DNA of 64,000 nucleotides, filler included, from Sanchytrium tribonematis (Eukaryota): assembly GCA_018985235.1 (NCBI GenBank). It is 12 parts of 12 records of this genome, joined end to end, with 100 filler letters (N's around TTAATTAATTAA, not from the genome) between each part and the next. Parts side by side here need not be neighbours in the genome. Positions count along the whole stretch, not along the records: positions 53,557 to 57,270 come from JADGIG010000816.1; positions 57,371 to 61,084 come from JADGIG010000817.1; positions 61,185 to 64,000 come from JADGIG010000973.1; 9 more parts are not named here. One strand, 5' to 3'. This document shows, piece by piece, positions 55,849-64,000 of this stretch (positions are counted from its first letter, which is position 1; each line of letters starts with the position of its first letter). A model generated the notes under the pieces. That model searched no databases. It saw nothing but the letters and a program-made list of their open reading frames with translations, and was not told the origin of the DNA. Position numbers and translations under genes: made by a program.

Positions 55849-56984
55849 CCAACTGCATGGCGCTTGTCTGGACGTAGTTGATTGCCACTCCAGTTTGCTC
55901 ATTAATTAGATCTTCTTGGTCGGGGTTGGAGTATTGTATGCTGTGTTGCAGTAAGACTCTTATGCAATTAATAACATACGATTCGACCAACTCCTTATCT
56001 AAAGAAAAGTCCTTTTCTATCCATAGCTGCCCGATCAGCAATAAATTATTGCAAACAGCTTCTAAATGAGTTTGAATTACCAGATCCTTGGCATAAAAAT
56101 TTGAAAAAATCCTCAATTTTTTCACATTTTGGCACTTGTAATGTTAAAGGCTTAGCATTTGCAATTTTGGAATGAACTTTATCCAATAAATCTGATTGAA
56201 TGTCATCCTCATCCAAAGCAGTTTCTAAAAGCTGATCAACATCCCAGTTTAAGGAAGATTTGGAAGCGGTTACTAGTTTTCCTATGTTTTCGATATGTTC
56301 TTTTCCTTTTATATAAGTAAAATAAGTCTCCATATCTTTAAACTCTGTTTCTGTTGCTTTAACAACAGGAATTTTCTTTTGCTTTGGGGTGATTTCGTAG
56401 ACATTCTTACCAATTCCTTCTAACGTATCTATGGAAACATCCATTAGTTTAGAGGAAAGACCAACAACAGTATTTTTTAAATCTGAGCTTTGATTTTTCT
56501 TAACTTGTGCTGGTATCTCGTTTTGTGGTTTTAAAACCTCTTTCTCCGACTGCGGCTGTGGTATTATGGAACTTCTGCTCTTTTCTCCAGAAACAGATGG
56601 ATCCGGCGGTGAAAGTCCTATATTTTGAGTTAGTGACTTGGTGGTTTCAAAACCTTTATAGAGAGCGTTTCCCACAAAATCACTGGCGAAATCAAAGCCT
56701 TTGTCGACATAAGATAGAACATTTTCAGTTGTATCCATTAAATTTTTAGCTTCAAATTTTGGGGATTTGCGCGAATCTGAATTACTTTCCGAATCTAACT
56801 CTTTTTTGGGAGAACCTTCTCTTTCAGCATATTCTGGATCCAATTGCGAATACGCCAAGTCTATCGTGTCTTCAGCAACATGCTTAATTTGAGATGATAT
56901 TGTTGAGACACTATTCCAGAAAGACCAACCACCTTGATTGTCAGCATTTTCTATTGGAGGAATTTGTTTGTCATTTTCATTCAT
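55832..56984 (-). CDS. FAM114-like protein, two exons (56984-56081, 56061-55832), 377 aa
   Basis: GGWSFWNS N-terminus and SIDTLEGIGKNVYEI resemble FAM114; joined by a 19-nt intron. Confidence 0.6.
56062..56080 (-). other. 19-nt intron in the FAM114-like gene
   Basis: GTAATTCAAACTCATTTAG, phase 1, joins CQGS-E-AVCNNLL. Confidence 0.82.
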
Positions 56985-57370
56985 TTATCAAATGTATCAA
57001 AAATAAAGTCGGGGAGTTGTACTTGAGAATTTACTTCTTAGACCATGGACAAAATCTGCGTCCGCTTATGCTTCCCACTAAGAATTTATTTTCAAATTGA
57101 CTATCTGATTCCATAGCGTTAGTTTTTTCTCCGTCCAAAAAGGAATTTCCAAATTACACTGGTAATGACTGAGGATAAGGTATTTTTTGAGCTGGAAGTT
57201 TTTCGCCATAGCGTTGGAGTTAGCGGAATAATTGTTCTTGGCAACAACTTCAATTTTACTAAACTAAGAANNNNNNNNNNNNNNNNNNNNNNNNNNNNNN
57301 NNNNNNNNNNNNNNTTAATTAATTAANNNNNNNNNNNNNNNNNNNNNNNNNNNNNNNNNNNNNNNNNNNN

Positions 57371-57853
57371 ATTTTCTCGTCACTAAAAATGATTCGTCGG
57401 TGAAATTCTGGATCCTCATCAATCGCAGCAAGCATTTGTTTGCCAAAGTTATATCTTGCAACTTTGTGATGTTCTTTAAAAACAATTCCAGTCGGTCTTT
57501 GACGTTTTACAATTCCATTTTCTTTCATAAATCGCCACAAAGTTGATCGTGAATAATTCGCTTTTAACCCATTCAATCGGTCTCTAATAGATAGTTTTGG
57601 AAACTCTTGAACATTCTTTTTTATTTGAAGCATTTGTCGACCCTGAATTTTACCCTTAAAGAGCTTTACTTTCGGCGGCAAATTTGCCACTTTTCTATAT
57701 CTTTTTAGAAAGCTACGTACTTGATCACGAGTTAATCCCAAAGTCTCACTGATTACTATAGGCTGTTTATTATTTTCATCCATCGATTTTATCATTGACT
57801 TTTGCAAGTCGGAAATCGTCATTGTCTGTGTCAGAAGGGTGAGACAGAGGATA
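57371..57853 (-). mobile_element. Tc1/mariner DNA transposon, 5' part (transposase ATG 57822), cut by linker
   Basis: HTH region, SRSTLWRF, R..F motif, IIFSDEK (first Asp of the DDE triad); boundary at TA 57852-57853. Confidence 0.85.
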
Positions 57854-58183
57854 CATGGCAATATTCAATTTATTAATATTTTGTATGATGGTAAAAAATA
57901 TGTATTATCTGATTTTGAATATGCCAATAAAATAACAGATGAGGGCGTGTATAAGGATTTATCCAATTTGGGTGCCATTATTGGGCTATTCTTTTATGGC
58001 ACTGTATTAAAGCGTGATCTGCATCAACAAATTGCATTTTCTAAGGTGCGAAATTATGTTTTACAACAAATGGCTCAATTTAATGAATGTATGGCTGAAT
58101 TAGTAGAATATTTGACTACAAGTAATCCAAATAGTCAATTGAGTGCCAAAATTGCATTAAAACATTCATTTCTAAATAAATAA
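57851..58183 (+). pseudogene. C-terminal remnant of a kinase-like gene, cut by the transposon
   Basis: IHGNIQFINIL...YVLSDFEY...KDLSNLG...AKIALKHSFL; paralogous to 58297-59193. Confidence 0.7.
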
Positions 58184-58296
58184 GTTATTGCCACGTCATT
58201 ATAATTTCAATCAAATGCGTGTACTACGAGGATTGATCACAAATATCCTTGTGAAATGAAATGACACAATTTCAAATCACAAGTCATTTCCCCTTG

Positions 58297-59193
58297 ATGT
58301 TGTTCTACATTGTCATTGCAGCAATGCAGGTAGCAAGTGATGACATGCCATGGGAAGACACACTTAATCCAATTACTAGTTATGATGCAAATAGGTGCAA
58401 TACTCAAACATTTTTGAAAGAAGGCTCTAGCACTTGCGTAAATCGCATTTGTGTGAGAGATGATAGTACGTCTTACATTTTGAATAGCGTAACTACACTA
58501 CATCATCCAAATATCATTCATGGTGCCTTGAGAGACACGTTTACAAATGAAGTAGAATATGATCATATGGAAACTTGTTACTATGTTGAAATGCCATACT
58601 ATAATCGTCATTTGGATGATTTCATCAAGCAGTCATTTCCCACGCCAATTCAAGATGTGATTGCATTTGAGAATTTGATCAGAGAGATGAGTAGGGATAT
58701 TCTGAGTGCATTGGCGTATTTACATGCTTATCATATTGCACATATGGATATTCAAGGCAGAAATATTAAAAAGGTAGGTAATCGATACATTCTAGATCAT
58801 TTTGAGTATAGCACAAATCAAAATATTGTAAGAGGAAGTTTTGGCACTTTAAAATCACCAGAAATGCTTATCAGAGTGCTCTATTTGGGTGTCGATTATG
58901 AGAGTCAGAAGCCTTATGATCCAAAAAAGAGTGATTTATATTCATTTGGAATCATGGTGGCGCAGTATGCTACAGGAACATCATTGAATGATTTAACTTG
59001 TACAAAAGATATTTTCGAAAACACGACATTTTCAAAAACTTTTATTGAGTTTATTGATAAATTAGTTAAATGTGAACCAGAAGAGAGAATGACAGCTGAA
59101 GAAGCTTTAAAACATTCATTTTTAGTGAGTAAATCAAGAAATAGAGGAAAAAGAACAAGCAGAAAGAGAAAGCCAAATAGTAAATTAATATAG
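58297..59193 (+). CDS. Secreted protein-kinase-like protein (probable pseudokinase) with a basic C-tail
   Basis: Signal-like MLFYIVIAAMQVA; LHHPNII, LAYLHAYHIAHMDIQGRNI, LDHFEY, SPE, SDLYSFG, PEERMTAEEALKHSF; tail RNRGKRTSRKRKP. Confidence 0.8.
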   Translation: MLFYIVIAAMQVASDDMPWEDTLNPITSYDANRCNTQTFLKEGSSTCVNRICVRDDSTSYILNSVTTLHHPNIIHGALRDTFTNEVEYDHMETCYYVEMPYYNRHLDDFIKQSFPTPIQDVIAFENLIREMSRDILSALAYLHAYHIAHMDIQGRNIKKVGNRYILDHFEYSTNQNIVRGSFGTLKSPEMLIRVLYLGVDYESQKPYDPKKSDLYSFGIMVAQYATGTSLNDLTCTKDIFENTTFSKTFIEFIDKLVKCEPEERMTAEEALKHSFLVSKSRNRGKRTSRKRKPNSKLI

Positions 59194-59211
59194 TTATATT
59201 TACTATTTACA

Positions 59212-61084
59212 TTAAGCAGTGAATTCACTAGTGGCTCGATTTTTCAATTGTAATTTAAATGGCGTTTTAGAAGCAACAATCCCAACCAACATGGCATTTA
59301 AACACAATTTAATCGTGTAAATGGGAGACCAAATGAATTGATATGGTTGTACTTTCCATTGATATGCATGAATTACTGGTAAATCTGAAGAGATTTGAGC
59401 ATTTGTGGCAATGATTTGAGATGTTAAAACAGTCATTTGAGTACTTTGACTATTCATACGCGTAGGGCCTAAATAAATTGGAAATACGAGTAACTAGAGT
59501 AACATCTACTTGTAATGCTACAGTTTGGGTGTCTTCTCGAGTCTCCAGTTCAGTTGTATTCTTCAAAGTGGTCCATTTTGAATCAGTCTTTTGCAATTTC
59601 GTGGTTGTTGGATTAAATGTTTTACTTGGAATGTAATAGGTGTGATTAACATCCAATGGGACAATCCCACATGTCGTATTGTTACTTGAATACACATCAT
59701 CCAAATTGCAATAATTGTAAAATGTTTTACCAAACACTCCAGGTGCCATTGGATTGTTGCTCACATCACATGAAATCAAATTTGTTGGATCAACCATAGA
59801 CACATCTGTAATTTGATTATTCTGCATATGCAATTGACTTGGACTTGCGAATGAGAAAGCACCACTCAAGAAATTATTATTCAAGTCAAATGAATATCCA
59901 GTAAATTGGAAATTGATACACCCACTCAATTGGTTATATGATAAATCCAAATAACCAACATTTTGAAGTGAAATCGGGATACTTCCAGTGAATAAATTAT
60001 GGGACATGTTCAAGAATTCTGGTGAAATACTTGGAATATTGCCCATTAAAGAATTACATGACAAATCTAACCATGATAATGTACTAAATAAACCACTAGT
60101 AATATTACCGCTCAATGAATTACCAGCTAATCCAAAAGCGGTAATAGATTGAGGCAATGAAATTGGAAGTTTCTTAAATTGATTGAAACTCAAATGCAAA
60201 TACATGACTTTAGAATAGCTCATATCTATATTACCCGATAATAAATTGTAAGAAAAGTCTACCGTATAATAAGAAATTGAACTCAGCACTGGTAAATTTC
60301 CTGTAAATAAATTCCATGATAAAACTATATCTTTTAAATTTGTCAATGAAGTGAAATTTGAGATGCTACCACTCAGCATATTATAAGACAATTGAAACGA
60401 AGACAACAAGGGCGGCAATTGTGTTGGGAGACTACCTTTTAATTGATTAAATTCCAATTTCAAATATGATAGCGAATTTGGTAAATATTTTAATGTTCCA
60501 TTCAACTGGTTATTATCCAAAGATAACAGATTCAAAGTTGAAGATATATTGCTAATATCACCATAAATCAAATTATGACTCGCAACAAAGCTAGTTAAAG
60601 TTTTTGGAAATATATTTGGTAATTTATCAAATATCACATTATAAGAAATATCAAACGTTTGCAAGGTAGGTGGCAATTGAGGCATTGAAGTGAGCATATT
60701 TTGACTCAAATATATCTTTACGGTATGAGATGGAAATGACTTGGGCATTCCACTTAATAGATTTTGACGTAAATCTAATTCACTTAATTGGGGATGGCAA
60801 AGTCTCAGGAATAGCGCCATAAAGTAAATTATTATAAAGTGTCAGATATCGGATTGAATTTGGCAAGTCATTTGGAATGGTGGTACTTAATGCCGTATTG
60901 TAAATCATTAAAGTTTGTAAATTGGAAGGAATAAATTGACTTTTGATTTCACCGTCAATATTAACACTATACATATAAATATAAGTCACAAAATCGCCTG
61001 TACATTTTATTCCAAGTTCGCCTAATTTCCATACGATGGATGTTTGGCAGCAGTCGATTGGAACTTTTTTATAAAAATAGGGAT
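59212..61084 (-). CDS. LRR receptor-like membrane protein, 5'-truncated, with a +1 frameshift at 60790-60793 and a 19-nt intron
   Basis: DCC cap, many LxxLxLxxNxLxGxIP repeats, Thr-rich stalk, C-terminal TM ending KTPF. Confidence 0.75.
59469..59487 (-). other. 19-nt intron in the LRR gene
   Basis: GTATTTCCAATTTATTTAG, phase 1, joins TLVT-R-PTRMNSQ. Confidence 0.82.
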
Positions 61085-61390
61085 NNNNNNNNNNNNNNNN
61101 NNNNNNNNNNNNNNNNNNNNNNNNNNNNTTAATTAATTAANNNNNNNNNNNNNNNNNNNNNNNNNNNNNNNNNNNNNNNNNNNNCAAATAAAGCAGCATC
61201 ATTTGTGAATGACTCGCTCATCCTTTTGAATCAAAATCAAGATCCTTCGATTGGTCAATTATATCATGTGCAAGCATTGCATTTAACAGAGTTCAAATCA
61301 CCTAGTCTCTTTACCAGCCGAACAAACCTCGACTTGCAGTCAAATGGATCTTTGTTTTAAAAAATATTTGCAATGTCAAATCTATATTTA

Positions 61391-62865
61391 TTAGCTCAAC
61401 GCACTTATTTTTGGATTGTGAGTTCTTGTTGTTCTATTAATAGGTGTTTTAGCCAATACAAATCCAAAAAATATCAAATTGATCCCAATTTTACAAACTT
61501 GTCCAATTCCAAATTATACTTCGAATCCCCTCAAATGACCAGTCCATTTAGCCATCGTGGCTACAGTAGATAGCAATTGACTCTTGAATTCACTTGGTCT
61601 CACTCTAGAACTGACAATTGCTTCTGATGTATATAGTTTTGTGGTATAAAATTGACCTAAATAAAAAACAATTTACGTGTTTTCAAGGTTATTGATGCGT
61701 CAAGCACCTCGCTCGTTATTGAATGATACGCATCTGTAGTCTGGTAATTTGATAGAGTTGTCACAAATGACAATTGAGTGGCAAATGTCTGTTGATTTGA
61801 AACTGATTTTAAAATACATTGGTGATCCCAACTGCTGTTAAACAACCCCGTTGTACCACATTTAGACGCAAATGGTAGTTTATTTATGATTTGCAATAGC
61901 GGATTGTTGTCTAAATAACAATCTGTCATTCTAGAATCATCAAAAATGGTCACATTGGTGAATTGATTGTCATTCAAGTACATTTCCATGGGTTGTTGGA
62001 TCGCAATAGGTCTTTTCAACTGATTATAACTCAAGCTACAATAAGTACAATTTAAAGTAGCATTCAAACAACCTGTGAATTGGTTGGAACATCCAGTTAC
62101 TGTAATAATGAAAATGGAAATGCACCACTAAATCGATTTGAGCCAATGTGGATATGATTAACAGTTGCAGGCCATTTATTTGGTAATTCACCCGTAAATA
62201 AATTATTAAAGATTCTAAATGATTGCAATTGGGCTGGTAATCGTGAGATATTTCCAGTCAACAAATTGGATCCCAAATTGATGTTTTGCACTGAATCTGG
62301 AAAACAATTGATAGTTCCATTTAATTGATTAAATGTTGCATCAAATACTGTTAAATTGCTTGAAAATGTGGTAGGAAGAGGCCCAGATATCTTGTTATCA
62401 AAAACATTAATTTCCTTGATTGAATTGGGAAAATCTGGCATTGGTCCAACCAGTTTGTTAAATTGTGCACTAAAATAGCTTAAATTACCTGGTAATGTAC
62501 TAGGAATAGCACCACTAAGCACATTGTGGTCTAAACTCAGCGTGACGAGTGATTCGGGTAAATTACCTGGAATTTTACTCTTTAAAAGTGATTTCTAGTG
62601 TTTGGATATTCAAAGGGAGTGCAGTTCCATTTATAGTCCCATTTATATTCAAATTCTGCAATTTTAGAGATGTGATTGTGGTTGAATTGCAGGTGATGGA
62701 GATTTCCTTGTTAATACTTTGGTACCCGCAACAATTACCAGGTAGGATTTTGTATATTGAATTATCTCTCGTATTCATATTCAAATATCTGAGGAAACTC
62801 ATGATAAAAGGACAATCTGTAGCGTTTAACATGAAAAACAGAAATTGAGTTAAAACTAGTTTCAT
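61391..62865 (-). pseudogene. LRR receptor-like pseudogene, paralog of 59212-61084
   Basis: Signal + DCP...NCC cap from ATG 62865; frameshifts near 62590 and 62095; in-frame TAA at 61514-61516; C-terminal TM ending KTPI. Confidence 0.75.
61657..61676 (-). other. 20-nt intron in the LRR pseudogene
   Basis: GTAAATTGTTTTTTATTTAG, phase 1 within an Arg codon in the stalk, as in the paralog. Confidence 0.72.
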
Positions 62866-62938
62866 TGACGCGACAAAAATCAAGCCACATTTTATTAAAA
62901 CCATAAACAATTTAAAAGACACGAGGTACGACATCAAT

Positions 62939-63820
62939 TTACTCAACATGCAATAAATATCCATAATCTGTCTCCCAGTCTCTCATATTGCTATAAATAT
63001 GCACACCAGGTGCTTTATAATCATAAATACCATAATCAGAATCATGTATTTTCCATTTTGTTACAAAATAATTAGAAATTATAATTTCAGAGTTGATTTC
63101 AATCACCCGTGATTTCCCATTTAATAAATCTCTCATTAATGCTGTCACTAGTTTATCAAATGTGCCATCTTGTAATGTATTGAATATATAGTGTAAATTA
63201 GTGACATCTTTCGTAGATTGATAGGGCATGATTTCATCTTCATTTTCACTACAAATTAATAAATCTAATTTGGATGGAATTTGAAAGATGCCATCACAAC
63301 ATAATTGATTTAAATGCTTAAATGCATTGAATTGAGGTGGTTTGGTGGCATTTGACTCATAACATGCCAATTTATGACAATTTGGGAATAATTGAGCGCA
63401 TTCATTAATTTCTAATTGATTGTGTAAATAGATTTCTAATGACTTAATGTGAATCAGTGGTGGTAATAATGAGTAAGAGTCGAGTACATTAACATTGTCA
63501 TCTTTAATAAATGTCAAATCAAAGATATTTGGAAATTGATTTAAAATGGATAATTCTGGGAATATATTGTGAATGACTAGGGTTTTTAAATTGATAAATT
63601 GGTGTAAATTATTGATAAATATGAGTTGAATCGATTGATTAATGGATATATCACGGATAAAATGAGAATATGGATAAAATGGATTTGAGAGTAATATGAG
63701 AGGGAAATTGGTGGATAAAGATAATCTACATTGGAAATAATATTTGGTGAATTGCTTATTGAGTAGAAAACAGTCATTTTCAGGGATGATTTGAATGAGG
63801 ATTTCATATGGGAGTTTCAT
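62939..63820 (-). CDS. F-box-like / LRR-like hypothetical protein
   Basis: MKLPYEILIQII...LLNKQF F-box-like start; degenerate LRRs (FINLKTLVI, FPNIFDLTF, FPNCHKL). Confidence 0.55.
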   Translation of the reverse strand: MKLPYEILIQIIPENDCFLLNKQFTKYYFQCRLSLSTNFPLILLSNPFYPYSHFIRDISINQSIQLIFINNLHQFINLKTLVIHNIFPELSILNQFPNIFDLTFIKDDNVNVLDSYSLLPPLIHIKSLEIYLHNQLEINECAQLFPNCHKLACYESNATKPPQFNAFKHLNQLCCDGIFQIPSKLDLLICSENEDEIMPYQSTKDVTNLHYIFNTLQDGTFDKLVTALMRDLLNGKSRVIEINSEIIISNYFVTKWKIHDSDYGIYDYKAPGVHIYSNMRDWETDYGYLLHVE

Positions 63821-64000
63821 CCGTCTAAAAAATCAAAGATATTTATGATGCAAATGATATGAAAAGTGTTTTTCACTTCATTCTTCTGCCTGCTAAATGA
63901 TTGGTAATTGTAAATGACATCGACACTTGTAATGCTTGCTAGTTTACCAGCGAATGCTGTGATTGGGTCAAATATTTATAATTTCGGAACCAATATCAAC

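Noticed and set aside
22760..61184. Regularly spaced TTAATTAATTAA elements about every 3.8 kb as a biological repeat
   Set aside because: Artificial N-padded linkers between size-sorted contigs; gene adjacency across them is meaningless, including the two LRR genes flanking 61085
62073..62099. A 28-nt intron explaining the LRR frameshift
   Set aside because: Splicing gives the wrong frame; better explained as a deletion in a pseudogene
1..64000. Alternative genetic code, tRNA/rRNA genes, CRISPR arrays
   Set aside because: Conserved genes translate and terminate normally with TAA, TAG and TGA; I saw no cloverleaf, rRNA or repeat-spacer pattern by eye

Overview
AT-rich, very gene-dense eukaryotic DNA made of 12 unrelated contigs joined by 11 artificial 100-bp linkers (44N-TTAATTAATTAA-44N). 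One contig covers 1-22759; the rest are ~3.7-kb pieces in descending size order, so there is no synteny across linkers. Gene content points to an early-diverging, compact-genome zoosporic fungus or relative: CAF1, NPC2, ORC5, NMD3, RIB5, SNF1-beta, LTN1, ARO2, an axonemal dynein heavy chain, CDC14, RPL19, CDC23, ATG10, CPR6, and expanded LRR and kinase families. It resembles sanchytrids, but that is my inference and is unverified. Two things stand out. (1) Eight apparent frameshifts are each repaired by an ultra-short 19-20 nt GT-AG intron. All eight have GTA at the 5' end and YTNAY-NNAG at the 3' end, with the putative branch A fixed at position -6. (2) An intronless ~1056-aa protein fuses an HD phosphoesterase, a P-loop polynucleotide kinase and a T4 Rnl1-type RNA ligase, with all catalytic motifs intact. 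It looks like a one-polypeptide RNA heal-and-seal enzyme whose architecture differs from fungal Trl1, and it sits next to a bacterial-looking DUF3291-like gene. Secondary observations: a secreted NLS-bearing pseudokinase with a Tc1-disrupted paralog, LRR receptor-like genes that are decaying, tandem orphan microproteins, shrunken housekeeping proteins and near-zero intergenic spacing. All assignments are from motif recognition by eye; no database searches were run.
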